Part shown: positions 1 to 13,035 of the stretch, in pieces | Layout: every line of letters starts with the position of its first letter | Position numbering within the stretch: the stretch's first letter is position 1 | Assembly: GCF_004010195.1 (NCBI RefSeq) | Contig: NC_057718.1 | Span: 36,641,809 to 36,690,730, forward strand | From: Chiloscyllium plagiosum | Taxonomy: Eukaryota | Direction of reading: 5' to 3' | DNA length: 48,922 nucleotides | Made by a program: the position numbers and the translations under genes | The notes under the pieces: generated by a model | Database searches by the model: none | Seen by the model: only the letters and a program-made list of their open reading frames with translations | What the model was told of the DNA's origin: nothing

Positions 1-147
1 CGTGAAAGCTTTATGGTAGCAGATTTGGAAAGAAATTGTGAAACAGTCACAGTCCCTGTAGTCCAAGGAAAAGCAACTGGAAGGGCATGGTTAGGGTGAA
101 TAGCTAAGGTCTTTTTCCTTGGAGGGGGGGGGGGGATTACAAAGTCT

Positions 148-929
148 CAGCGTGTTTTGAGAAGATTTGTAGCTCCGGTTGAGGTTTTGGATGTAGGTTT
201 GCTCACTAAGCTGGAAGGTTCATATCCAGACGTTTCGTTACTTTATTAGGTAACATCTTCAGTGGGCCTCAGGTGAAGCAATGGTGAAAACTCCTGCTTT
301 CTATTTATGTGTTTGGATTTCTTTGAGTTGGTGAGGTCATTCCCTGTGGTGATGTTATTTCCTGTGGTGAAGTCACTTTCTGTTCCTTTTCTCAGGGGGT
401 GGTAGATGGGGTCTAACTCGATGGGATTGTTGATAGAGTTCCAGTTGGAATGCCATGCTTCTAGGAATTCTTGTGCGTGTCTGTTTGCCTTGTCCTAAAA
501 TGGATGTGTTGTCCCAGTCGAAGCGGTGTCCTTCCTCATCTGTATGTGAGGATACTAGTGAGAGAAGGTCATGTCTTTTTGTGACTAGTTGGTGTTCATG
601 TATCCTGGTGGCTAGTTTTCTGCCTGTTTGTCCAATGTGTGTGTCCAAACAAAGACACACACGAGAATTCCTAGAAGCATGGCATTCCTACTGGGACTCT
701 ATCAACAAACACACGAGTTAGACCCCATCTACCACCTCCTGAGAAAAGGAACAGGAAGTGACTTCACCACAGGAAATGACTTCACCACGGGAAATAACAT
801 CCAAAGAAATCCAAATATATAAATAGAAAGAAGGAATTTTCAGCATGAGGCCCACTGATGATGTTACCTAGTAGGGTAGCAAACATCTGGAAATGAACCT
901 TGACAGCTCAGCAAGCAAACCTACATCCA
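148..929. mobile_element. Penelope-like element (PLE) 3' fragment with inverted pseudo-LTRs, inserted in a CR1 tail
   Basis: Minus ORF HIGQTGRKLATRIHEH...FDWDNT = GIY-YIG endonuclease C-terminal part. About 186-490 is the reverse complement of about 645-929. Flanked by attacaaagtct (136-147) / attacaacgtct (930-941), a 12-bp TSD with 1 mismatch. Confidence 0.88.
226..265 (-). ncRNA. Minimal type I hammerhead ribozyme motif in PLE pLTR
   Basis: Minus strand: CCA-CTGAAGA-TGTTACCTAATAAAGTAAC-GAAAC-GTC-TGG. Intact CUGANGA and GAAA cores, stem II GTTAC/GTAAC, stem I CCA/TGG, GUC cleavage triplet, palindromic ACGT stem III typical of dimeric PLE hammerheads. Confidence 0.8.
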
Positions 930-1075
930 ATTACAACGTCTGGATAGGTAAATGAATAGAAAGGGTTTACAGTAATATGGACCAAGTACTGGCAAATGGA
1001 ACTAGGTCAGATTGGGATGTCTTGTCAGCACAGACAAGTTGGACTTATGGGTCTGTTTCCGTGCTGTATGACTGT
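930..1075 (+). mobile_element. CR1/HER1 LINE 3' tail; continues the fragment at about 70-135 that was split by the PLE
   Basis: Ends gggtctgtttccgtgctgtatgact, the family 3' end. Confidence 0.7.
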
Positions 1076-1804
1076 AAAAAAACTTAAGAATTGAGATAGA
1101 AGTGAAAGTGGTCAGGGATTGGATATCTGTAAAACCCGAATGTTGGGAACAGATTGAAACTCTGTGCTGCTGCTTTCGTTAAGGTCTTTGTAATTGCTCG
1201 AACTATAGCTCTGCGTTTAAAAATATTTTCTGTTGTTAAGGAACGAATGCAGCCTTGTGTAAAAATGCTTCAGTGACTAAGCACCAGGAAAAAAATTAAC
1301 ATAATTTATCAAGCTGGGTTTCTTTCTGGGATCATATTTATCCAGGAATATCATCTCAGATCATAATATTAACAAGAATAAGGGGTTTCTGTTATGAAGG
1401 AGGTCTGGGTAAATCAGGACACCTTCGTAAAACTGAGAAGCTTAAAGAGTAATCTAACAAATGTTCATGGTTATGAAAGATCATGGTCAGGTAAATACTT
1501 AACTACTTGCAAACAAAAGCAATTAATTCTGTGGATGTAAGGTTAAGCTCACAAAGAAGGGAGGTTAGAAAATTATATTTGCACAAATAAAAGTGGGAAT
1601 AATGTTGAATCTCCAAAACAAATTTAATAGAAATGGTTTTAAAAAATAATTAAACTCTTGCCTGGAAACAGGGTATATTAAATGGGAGAAGAAACACGAA
1701 GTTTGGAATTAGAGAAGTTGGTTCATGGGAAGATAAACATTGAAACAAACCTAATTGGCCTTGTGGCCATTGCCTTTACTCCAACTTTCAATAATTTGCT
1801 ACTT

Positions 1805-4103
1805 AGAGTCATAGAGATGTACAGCACGGAAACAGACCCTTCGGTCCAACCCGTCTATGCCGACCAGATATCCCAACCCAATCTAGTCCCACCTGCCAGC
1901 ACCCAGCCCATATCCCTCCAAACCCTTCCTATTCATATACCCATCCAAATGCCTCTTAAATGTTGCAACTGTACAGCCTCCACCACATCCTCTAGCAGCT
2001 CATTCCATACACGTACCACCCTCTGCGTGAAAACGTTGCCTCTTAGGTCTCTTTTATATCTTTCCCCTTTCACCCTAAACCTATGCCCTCTAGTTCTGGA
2101 CTCCCCGGCCCCAGGGAAAAGACGTTGTCTATTTTTCCTATCCATGCCCCTCATGATTTTGTAAACCTCCATCAGGTTACCCCTCAGCCTCCGACGCTCC
2201 AAGGAAAACAGCCCCAGCCTGTTCAGCCTCGCTCCGTAGCTCATATCCTCCAACCCTGACAACATCCTTGTAAATCTTTTCTGAACCCTTTCAGGTTTCA
2301 CATCTTTCAGATAGGAAGGAGACCAGAATTGCACGCAATATTCCAACAGTGGCCTAACCAATGTCCTGTACAGCCGCAACATGACCTCCCAACTCCTGTA
2401 CTCGATACTCTAAGTACCAAACGCCGCCTTCACTATCCTATCTACCTGCGACTCCACTTTCAAGGAGCTATAAACCTGCACTCCAAGGTCTCTTTGTTCA
2501 GCAACACTCCCTAGGACCTTACCATTAAGTGTATAAGTCCTGCTAAAATTTGCTTTCCCAAAATGCAGCACCTCGCATTTATCAGAATTAAACTTCATCT
2601 GCCACTTCTCGGCCCATTGGCCCATCTGGTCCAGATCCTGTTGTAGTCTGAGGTAACCCTCTTCATTGTCCACTATACCTCCAATTTTGGTGTCATCTGC
2701 AAACTTACTAACTGTACCTCTTCTGCTCGCATCCAAATCATTTACATAAATGACAAAAGGTAAAGGGCCCAGCACCAATCCTTGTGGCACTCCACTGGTC
2801 ACAGGCCTCCAGTCTGAAAAACAACCCTCCATCACCACCCTCTGTCTTCTAACTTTGAGCCAGTTCTGTATCCAAATGGCTAGTTCTCCCTATATTCCGT
2901 GAGATCTATCCATGCTAATCAGTCTCCCATGGGGAACCTTGTCAAACACCTTACTGAAGTCCATATAGATCACATCTACTGCTCTGCCCTCATCAATCTT
3001 CTTTGTTATTTCAACAAAAAAACTCAATCAAGTTTGTGAGACATGATTTCCCATGCACAAAGCCATGCTGACTATCCTGAATCAGTCCTCGCTTTCCAAA
3101 TACATGTACATCTTGTCCCTCAGGATTCTCTCCAACAACTTGCCCACCACCGAGGTCAGGCTCACCAGTCTATTGTTCCCTGACTTCTTTTTACCGCCCT
3201 TCTTAAACAGTGGCACCACGTTTGCCAACCTCCAGTCTTCCAGCACCTCACCTGTGACTATCGATGATACAAATATCTCAGCAAGAGGCCCAGCAATCAC
3301 TTCTCTAGCTTCCCACAGAGTTCTCGGGTACACCTGATCAGTTCCTGGGGATTTATCCACCTTTAACCATTTCAAGACATCCAGCGCTTCCTCCTCTGTA
3401 ATCTGGACATTTTGCAAGATGTCACCATCTATTTCCCTACAGTCTATATCTTCCATATCCTTTTTCAGTGTAAATACTGATGCAAAATATTCATTTAGTA
3501 TCTCCATTTTCTGTGGCTCCACACAGAGGCCACCTAGCTGATCTTTGAGGGGCCCTATTCTCTCCCTAGTTACCCTTTTGTCCTTAATATATTTGTAAAA
3601 ACCCTTTGGATTCTCCTTAATTCTATTTGCCAAAGCTATCTCATGTCCCCGTTTTGCCCTCCTGATTTCCCTCTTAAGTATACTCCTACTTCCTTTATAC
3701 TCTTCTAAGGATTCACTCGATCTATCCTGTCTATACCTGACATATGCTTCCTTCTTTTTCTTAACCAAACCCTCAATTTCTTTAGTCATCCAGCATTCCC
3801 TATACCTACCAGCCTTCCCTTTCACCCTGACAGGAATATACTTTCTCTGGATCCTTATCTCATTTCTGAAGGCTTCCCAGTTTCCAGCCGTCCCTTTACC
3901 TGCGAACATCTGCCTCCAATCAGCTTTTGAAAGTTCTTGCCTATTACTGTCAAAATTGGCCTTTCTCCAATTTAGAACTTTAACTTTTAGATCTGGTCTA
4001 TCCTTTTCCATCACTATTTTAAAACGAATAGAATTATGGTCGCTGGCCCCAAAGTGCTCCCCCCCACTGACACCTCAGTTACCTCAGTCACCTGCCCTGC
4101 CTT
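1805..4103 (-). mobile_element. Young 5'-truncated CR1-clade LINE (HER1-like), ORF2 frameshifted
   Basis: ORF pieces KSPGTDQVYPRTL, WRLANVVPLFKKG, GVPQGLVLGP, SKFADDTK (RT), LYRTLVRPLLEYCVQFWSP. 3' end ...gctgtacatctctatgactcta. Confidence 0.95.
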
Positions 4104-5469
4104 GCGCAGAGTTAAGTTGATGCTGAATTATTTTTCAAGTGATCCAACTTAGATTTTTTAAAAATGCATTCCTTCCCCCAATACAAAACATTTTAGAAAA
4201 CTATTTTCGTTCTTTCCAGTATTGTTTCAGTTTTAGGGTAAGTTCGTTAAGTAAGTGCACTTACTTCCTTTATGTATGCATATTTGATCAGAATTGGCTC
4301 ATGCCCCATACAAAACTATTTTCAACTACATGGGCGGAAATCCTTTAATAATAATAATCCCATCAAATGTTGGAGTGAACAAGATACAAGAAACCTCAAG
4401 TAATTTTTAAAAAAATAGACATTATCACCTCATTCATGATAGATTTAAAAGACTTTCATAAATAACTGTATTTAAAATTACTATATGAACACAGCATATG
4501 TGTACCTTAATGGGATTATGGTTGTGCATTTCCCATGTCCTGTCATGGCATGCATGATATAGTTCTGAAAGTTGCTTGGCCTTGCACAGCTTTGACAGAA
4601 CATTGCTTTTAATTTGGATTATAAAAAATGCTTTTCATTAGCAAGTTTCATAATATATAAAGAGAATGCTCAGAAAAAAAAAACAAGTGCATAGGGTGCA
4701 AACAATGAGAAGATTATACTGGTTTTTACATTATCCAATTGTTAAATTCCCTAGTTTGAGGAGAAAGTTCCAAAGGGGGAAATATTAACCTAGATCATCA
4801 AAATGTTGTGTGTCACACTGAGCAATTTCTGTAAAAGATTTCAACAGCAGAACTTGACAGAGTCAGTACCAAAGATCCAGGAGCATCAAAGAAATAAAAT
4901 TATTGAGACTTTCTGAATGAAACATGGTGGCACTTGAATTTTTGCTTCAATTATCCATCCCATTTGTATTTTCCTGAATATCCCTGGTTAGATTATGACA
5001 GGTGGTGATGGGGTGGGGAGAGTGAAAGAGAGGGGAGGGGGGGAGGAGACAGAATGAAAATTAGATCTTTTTAATTCAGTGACTCAGTTCTGAAACTGAT
5101 TGAACTATTCCAGGGAAATTCATGAATTGCACAAGGGAATAATTGTGCAATAATTGGATCTATGTTAAGGAACTGGTCAAGCTTAGACTTCATGATGTTT
5201 AGAATCTAACATGAATGCCATTCCTAAACACTGACTGGCATGATACCCGAGACATGGGAATTGCATTCTGATATTTTTTTCAGCAAAGATCCTGTAATCC
5301 AATCTTGCAATAACTGACTAAACCCGACAGCCTAGAGACAAATATGTGCTACAAATTTGATACAACTATTAAAAAAAAATCAATTGTAGAAACTGTAAAT
5401 TCATGTAGGAGCTTTGTTTACATGAAAGAAGAGCCAACTTCTGAAATCTGATGAGCCAGGACTGATAGA

Positions 5470-8340
5470 ATGGTTTCTGACACCGTGACTGGCTCGTATG
5501 TAATGAGGAGTATGTCAGGTTCCAAGCGATCGATACTAACAGGGGACTCGCTAGTCAGGGGCACAGACAGATGTTTCTGCAGCCAGAGAGATATCAGGAT
5601 GGTATGCTGCCTCCCTGCTGCCAGGGTCAAGGTTGTGTGGGAGCGGGTGCAAAATATTCTGAAAGGGGAGTGGCCAGCTGGAGGTCTTCAGCACATTGGT
5701 ACCAACAACATAGGCAGGGAAAAGGATGAGGTTCTGCAGGGAGAATGTAGGAAACTGGGCAGGAGGTCAAAAAGTAGGCCCTCGAGGGTAGAAATATCTG
5801 GACTATTACAGACCCCGCTGGCTAGTGAGAGTAGGAAAAGGAGGATAGAGCAGATGAATGCATGGCTGAGGGACTGGTGTAAAGGACAAGGACTTTCCGT
5901 GCTGTACATCTCTATGACTCTGACACATTTTTGGACCACAGGGATTCCTTCAGAAATGACCTGTATAAGAGCAACAGGTTCCACCCAAATTGGAAGAGGA
6001 CCAATATCCTTGTGGCGAAATTTGCTAGTGCTGCTTGGGATGAGGCAGCGAGGGAAATGTTGGAAGACACCAAAGTAATCATGAGAAAAGAGAAAAGCCT
6101 GACAATGGTAGAAGTACATAAGTAGGTAAGGGGAGGAAGTCTAACAGTCAAGACAGACAAGACAGATTGGCAGATAATGAGATAAGACCGATAAATTCAA
6201 CTACACTTACTTCAATGCAAGAAGCAGGTAAGGCAGATGAATTTCAGGCATGGTTGGGAACATGGGACGGGATAACACAGCTATTACAGAAACCTGGCTT
6301 AGGGATGGACAAGACTTGCAGCTTAATGTACCATGATATGGATACTACAGGAAGGATAGAAAAGGGGACAAAGAGGAGGGCGAGTGGTGTTTCTGATTGG
6401 AGATAACATTACACTTCTACTTAGGGAGAATATTCCTAGGAGATCATCCAGTGAAGTTATATGGGTGGAACTTAAAGAAAGAAATGATCACCTTATTGAG
6501 ATTGTAATATAGGCCACTGCAATAGTCAGCAGGAAATTGAGAAGCAAGTATGTAAAGAGATCTCGGATATCCGTAAGAAAAATATGGTTGTAAATGTCGG
6601 GATTTTAACTTTCCAAATATAAACTGGGATTGTCATAGTGTAAAGGGTTTGGATGGGAAGAGATTTGTTATTGTGTACGAGAAAACTTTCTTATTCAATA
6701 TGTGGATGCACCTACTAGAGAACGAACAATACTTGATCTTCTCTTAGGAAGAAAGACAGGACAAGTGACTGAGGTGTCACTGGGGGAGCACATTGGGTCC
6801 AGTGATCATAAAATAGTTATGGAAATAGACAGACTTGATCGAAAATTAAAGTTCTAAATTGGAGTACTGCCAATTTTGACAGCATTAGACAGGAGCTTTC
6901 AAAAATTGAATGGGGGAGGCTATTCGCACATAAAAGGGATGGTTGGGAAGTCTTTAAAAATGACATGATGAGAATTCAGAGACAGTATGCTCCTGTTAGT
7001 TTCATGGATAAACCGGTATGGAATGCTGGATAACAAGAGAAATTGAGGCTCTGATCAATACAAAGGAAGCGGCATAAACAGCTGGGTTTGAAGCAATCCT
7101 TGAAGGAGTATAAAGGGCAGTAAGAATCTACTGAAGAGGGAAGTCAGCAGACCAAAAAGAGTAACTAGGGAGAAAATAGGGCCCCTTAAAGTATAGTATG
7201 GCCATCCAATTATGGATCCCCAGGAGATTGGCGAGATAGTACACAAATATTTTGTCAATATTTACTATGGAGGACTTGAAAGCTAAGGAACTTGGGGAAA
7301 TAAATATTGATGTCTTTGAAAGAGTTCATAATACTGAAGTAGTGGTGCTGGAAGTATTAAAATACATAAAAAGTGGATAAATCCCCAGGACTTGATCAGA
7401 TGCTTCCCAAAACATGTGGATAGCTAGGAAAGAGATTGCTGGGCCCCTTGCTGAGATTATTTACATCATCGACAGCCACTGGTGAGGTGCCAGAAGACTG
7501 GGAGTTGACAAATGTAGTGCTGTTATTTAAGAAAGGCTGTAATGAAAAGCCAGGGAACTATAGCCTTACATCAATAGCAAAGTTGTTAGACAGTATTTTG
7601 AGGGACAGAATCTACATGCATTTGAAAAGGCAAGGAGTGAGTGGGGTGGTCAGCATGGCTGTGCATGGGAAATCATGTCTCATTAACTTGGAGTTTTTTT
7701 TTTGAAGAGGTGACAAAGACGACTGGTAAAGGCAGAGATGTAGACATTGCCTACATAGACTTCAGCAAAATGCTCGACAAGGTGCCGCATAGTAGACTAG
7801 TTAATAAGGTTAGATCATACAGGGAGCTAGCAAATTGGATACAAAATTGGGTTGAAGGTAGGCAATAGAGAGAGTTTTAGTGAAGGCTGCTTTTTGGACT
7901 GGAGGCCTGCAACCAGTTGTGTCCACAAGAAACAGTGCTGGGTACATTGCTTTTTGTCATGATATAAATAATTTTGATGTGAACATAAGAGGTATGGTCA
8001 GTAAGTTTGCAGATGACACCAGAATAGGTGGTATAGTGGACAAATAAGATGTCAGAGTACAACGGCACCTTGATCAGATGGGCCAGTGGGCCAAGGAGTG
8101 GCAGATGGAATTTAATTTAGATAAATGTAGGAGTGTTGCATGATGGGGAGGCAAATCAGGGCAGGACTTATACAGTTAATGGTAGGGAGCTGGGGAGTGT
8201 TGCCAGAGAGACTTTGGGATGCAGGTGCATAGTTCCTTGAAAGTTGAGTCACAGGTAGATAGGGTGATGCCGCCGCCTTTTGGCATGCTTGCATTCATTG
8301 GTCAGAACATTGAGTTGGAATGTCATGTCACAGCTTGACA
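5470..8340 (+). mobile_element. Old, heavily decayed CR1 LINE with ORF1 SGNH-esterase remnant and ORF2 APE/RT remnants
   Basis: GDSLVRG and HIGTNN (SGNH ORF1); TGEVPEDW, YIDFSK, aagtttgcagatgacacc (KFADDT); many stops and frameshifts. Confidence 0.9.
5894..5921 (+). mobile_element. 28-nt young HER1/CR1 3' tip inserted in the old CR1 ORF1
   Basis: tttccgtgctgtacatctctatgactct is the exact reverse complement of 1805-1832. Confidence 0.7.
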
Positions 8341-9275
8341 TGTGCATTAAAAACACTAGCCATAGTTTTAACTCTGGACAAGTGTCCCGTGGACAAGAGC
8401 AAGAATTGCATACACTCCTTTGGGAGGCATCAGCTAGTGGCATGGCACAATTGGTCTCGGAACAATTGCAAATATTGACACATTCTCGGGGGTTAGCTGA
8501 TGTAAACACTTGGCCAGATGTCAACAGGTATCAAAAAAACACATCTAATGGACTCGAGGACTACAGTTTCAAAAACAGTGGAGACTAATAACGAAAAGGG
8601 CAACAACAAAAGTAAAATGATAATTAAACCACATTGAATTTAATGAGAAAGTCAGATTACAGTAAGTAACTACACAGTATACTGACAGCTTGCCCACTGG
8701 ATTGAAAACATAACCAAATCAGCAGTTTTTTTAAAAAAAGAAAAACTTTCATTCACTAGGTGCAGGCATCCAAACTGCAAACTGAAAACACTGGAAAATT
8801 AGCAATATCTGAGGTGAAATATGAATATCTTGCCACTTTAGTAGAAGTGGCTCTAGCCCAAATTTATTTTATGAAAATAAACCTGCTGTCTTGCAAATCT
8901 GACATTGATTTAAGACTTGAAGTCATCAAAATTCGCTGACTGTTCAACTGGAAGCTGAATCACCTGACACTTTTGTGCAAGCAGCTTTCAGCCTCCAAAT
9001 ATACGCAAAGTATCACTCTGCCTCAAGAAATTAAGGTGAAAAGTGCACTTCATTTTGTGAATGATCACCCTGCCCTGATTTACATAAAAGACAATCCCAT
9101 CCATTTCTGAAAACTCCCAGCTCCAGCTCAGATTGTCCCTGGATCATTTAAGAGTCCTTCACCAGACCTGCAGTAACAAATTAGAACTACAGCAATACAA
9201 TTTGCACATTTCATTCAAGAGTAAAGCACTCACATATAACTAGCATAGAGTAACGAGAGAACTTCCTACTGGACT

Positions 9276-9505
9276 ATCAGAAACAAAAACAAATTGCCGG
9301 AAAAACTCAGCAGGTCTGGCAGCATCTGAGAAGAGAAATTAGTTTATGTTTCAGGTCCAGAGAACCTTCTTCAGAACTGCCTGAAGAACTGAAGGAAGGT
9401 GACTGGACCTGAAAGTTTAAACCCATTTTCCTCCACAGGTGCTACTAGACCTGCTGAGTTTTTCCAGCAATTTGGTTTTATTTCTGATTTCCAGCATCTG
9501 CAGTT
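9276..9505. mobile_element. Palindromic non-autonomous element with hammerhead-like motifs (family A, older variant)
   Basis: Arms atcagaaacaaaaac..ggaaaaactcagcaggtct / agacctgctgagtttttcc..tttctgat. Minus-strand CTGAAGA-AGGT..ACCT-GAAAC at 9345-9374. Tail ccagcatctgcag is shared with the 17257 element. Confidence 0.75.
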
Positions 9506-9507
9506 AT

Positions 9508-9990
9508 GGAGTTATAGAATTATAGAGATGTACAGCACGGAAACAGGCCCTTCAGTCCAACTCGTCCGAGCCAACCAGATATCCCAACCCAATCTTGGCC
9601 CACCTGCCAGCATTCGGCCCATATCCCTCCAAACTCTTCCTATTCATATACCCATCCAGCTGCCTTTTAAATGTTGCAATTGTACCAGCCTCCACCACTT
9701 CCTCTGGCAGCTCATTCCATACACGTACCACCATCTGTGAAAAAGTTGTTGCTTAGGTCTCTTTTATATCTTTCCCCTCTCACTCTAAATCTATGCCCTC
9801 TAGTTCTGGACTCCCCCACCCCACGGAAAATACTTTGTCTACTTACCCTATCCATGCCCCTCATGATTTTATAAACCTCTATAAAGGTCACCTTGCAGCC
9901 TCCGATGCTCCAGGGAAAACAACCCCAGCCTATTCAACCTCTCCCTATAGCTCACATCCTCCAACCCTGGCAATATCCTTGTGAATCTTT
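9508..9990 (-). mobile_element. Young CR1/HER1 3' fragment
   Basis: VVRVWNELPEEVVEAGTIATFKRQLDGYM; closely similar to 1805-2280. Confidence 0.92.
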
Positions 9991-11159
9991 GCTTTTGTTT
10001 CTTTTTCTATTGGACTGTGATGGTCAGCACTGCAAGCACCAAGAGTGCACGCACCACAGATGTAGTGCCAGCATTAAAAATGGTACAGGCCAAACAGGAC
10101 AGAAAAGCAAAACACACTTTTGACAAAGCTGTCTACAATCTGCTCCCAGCGCTTTTGGTAATGCAATTTATCTCCCAGAAAGCTTCCTCTGGCCACTTGC
10201 AGATGCTGATCCAGAGAGATTCCTGGCCATTCCAGGCGAGTTGGGATTACAAACAAGGTTTGAAGTGCTCAGCCAATCACCTTAATCACAGCAACTAGAG
10301 GCCTAGGAGATTCTAATATCTCAACTAGACCTGCAAAGTCTTGATGGTCTCCAGGCAAAACAGCTGGCAGACAGCAGGAAGTCATTGCAAAGACCTGAAT
10401 GAATAGTTGTCATAACAAAAAAAGTAGTTGAGAGTTTTTTTTTTAAAAAGTGTCCTTACATTTGGGACCTCTTCTTGTCTGACTTCTTAAAATTTCTTGC
10501 AAGAAAATCACAACGGGTCAAGTTAAACAAGCAGTTAGATCCCAGTATTATCTTTGGACATTATCTGTTTATTTAGCGATTGACCACAAAGGTTCTCAAT
10601 TGTAGTCCTTTTTGCTTGTTTTAGTGAAGAGGCTAAGATTGGACTCAGCAAAAAGAAAGGAGGAGTTCAATCTCTAAGTCTTAAAGGTGGCTTCAATTGC
10701 CTGTATGAGTAGTTTCCAGTGGTGTAATCCAGCAGTAAATAGTCTTTAGAATGTAATAGTAATGTACCTGAGTGTGGTGATGGATTCATAATATTGCACA
10801 ATACTTTAAAAATAATGGAGTATATTCTAAACGACACATGATAGTCTCTGACACAGCCATAAGTAATTAAATTTAATTGTAATTAGAAGTAACAAAACAT
10901 TTTCTCCCCTTCCCTCTCAAAGATAAACATAAGAGAAGCTTTTCATTTTGAGCAACATATTGATCTTTTCAATATTACTAAAGTGATTTCGAACAGCAAA
11001 AATACCTGAGATGTTGCTAAACCTGATTTTTGTACATTGTCCTTAGGAACACAGGAAACAATTCATGACACTCGAAATTTGGCAAGATTGAAGACAAAGC
11101 AGCCCATTTAAGTGGTGCTATATCCTCAAACATTCAGAGTCTCGATCACCAACGTTCAA

Positions 11160-11442
11160 TCATGGATCATAGAACCCTAAAGTGTGGAAACAGACCATTT
11201 GGCCTATCAACTCTGCCCCATCCTCCAAAGAGCACCACCCAAAACCCCCAAATCCCAACCCTGCCCCCATAATCTGACATTTCCCATAGCCAATCCACCT
11301 AACTGGCACATCTTTGAACTGTGGGAGGAAACCCACGCAGAGATGGAGAACGTGTAAACTCCACATAGACAGTCACCCAAGGTTGAAATTGAACCCGGAT
11401 CCCTAGCACTGTGAGGCAACAGTGCTAACCACAGCCTACCAC
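11160..11442 (-). mobile_element. HE1-type tRNA-derived SINE (V-SINE), diverged
   Basis: Minus-strand tRNA-like head (gtggttagcactgttgcctcacag...ggttcaatt), V-domain ttcctcccacagttcaaagatgtgc, CR1-like tail. Confidence 0.85.
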
Positions 11443-12284
11443 CTACAAAATGAACACCAGCAAGTCGCCAAGGCATCTTAGACAGCACATTCCAAATCCA
11501 CGATAATTCTATCATTTAGAAGGACAAAGACATCAAATATAGGGTGTTACCGACCTCTCCATTCTGATTTGGAAATATATTGCCATTGCTTCACAGCAAC
11601 TAGGTCAAAAACCAGGAAAGCCCACACCCCTCGAATCAATACATTTTTAAAAACATTGCTATTCCTTACAGAAGAAAAACCTCAAGTCTGATTCACACTC
11701 TGCGCTGAATTCCTTGGTTGTAGTCTTGGGTTGCACAGTACACCCTCTAAGATGAGCAAGAGATGCTAGCCACGCCTGCAAAGTCCAAGATTTCCTGAAT
11801 ATATTTAAGTTCCTATTCATTATACTGCAGTTTCTATCTCAAGGAAAAACTTGAGTGTCCAGAGTTAAATGGCCTTTTGCCCACTGTTGGTGTTTAGTGA
11901 TTCATTTATGGGTATTGCAACAGCAAATACTTGAAAATTAAACTAAGTCTTCAAAGTAAGTTCTACAAAAAAGCTAATTTTCTACCTACAATGGCTATTC
12001 TCTAAGCAGAATAAATAAATTCTTCCTTGCCGAACAATGCTTGTGCTAGTCCGAAATCATGTTTCTTTTCCCCCTCTTTTTCCACAATCTCCACATTTGC
12101 TTCTTACATTTTCTCCTCATATTTTCTGGCTCAAACAATTCCAGATACGAAGCCCATGCAGTAAATTAAATCAACATTGAAGGCAGAGGTTTCAACCAAA
12201 TTAATGTACATCAACTATCATTCAGTATGTTCGAACAGGAGTGCTTCAAATTTTAATTAGCCTTTTGGTAGACAAAGAAAAACA

Positions 12285-13035
12285 GCATAGAGGTTATGTT
12301 ACTGGATTAGTAACCCACAGATTATACTATGTGGAGACATTAAACAAACTAGAATTTTGGTTCCTAGAACTTAGATGGGGAGGGCGATTTTATTCAGGTT
12401 TAAGGCATTAAGGTGAACAGATAGCTCCTCCCTTTTTCCATTCATGAAAGGGTTGAGGGCTCAGAGGAATATTTCAAAAATTAGAGCATTAACAGACATC
12501 TTTTCACATTAAGTGGTGGTAGAAATTTGGACCTCCATCGAGCAAATAGTAATTAATTCTACATCAAAGATTAATGTGAATCTAAAATTATTTCTGTTGA
12601 TCAAAGATATTCAGGGGTATGTCTCACATCAGCCATGATCTCGTTGAATAACACAACAGGCTCTACTCTTGCTCATACCTATGGACTCATGACACAGAGA
12701 CATGAGTCTAATTTTCACTACCTGTACTTTGCAATTTAAATTCAACTAATTAAATCAATCTTGAACAAACTAGTATTAATAATAATGAAACAATTCAACT
12801 ATCCCAAAAATCTACGCAGTTCACTGTTATCCTTATCTGATTTAGTCTGTGCATATCTGTATGTCTGCAGTAATATTGTGGACTCCTGTCCTTTGAAATT
12901 ACGTAGCACTAGTTATTGATGTAAAAGTCACAACACACTATAATCCAAATGAACAATAGGTGTTCAAGAAGGTTATGCTCCATCAACCTCAAGAGCAATT
13001 ATGGATATCTAAGCAGACTTACAAGTATACATCCC
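12285..13035 (+). mobile_element. Old SINE-like element interrupted by a CR1 3' fragment (about 12345-12695)
   Basis: Head ...ttactggattagtaaccc; tail catcccaagaatgaacaaaaaaaa; gagacat repeated on both sides of the CR1-like insert. Confidence 0.45.

Noticed and set aside
343..800. 18-bp tandem repeats (GNDFTT-coding) resembling a repeat-spacer array
   Set aside because: Only 2-3 adjacent units with no spacers; part of the Penelope pLTR.
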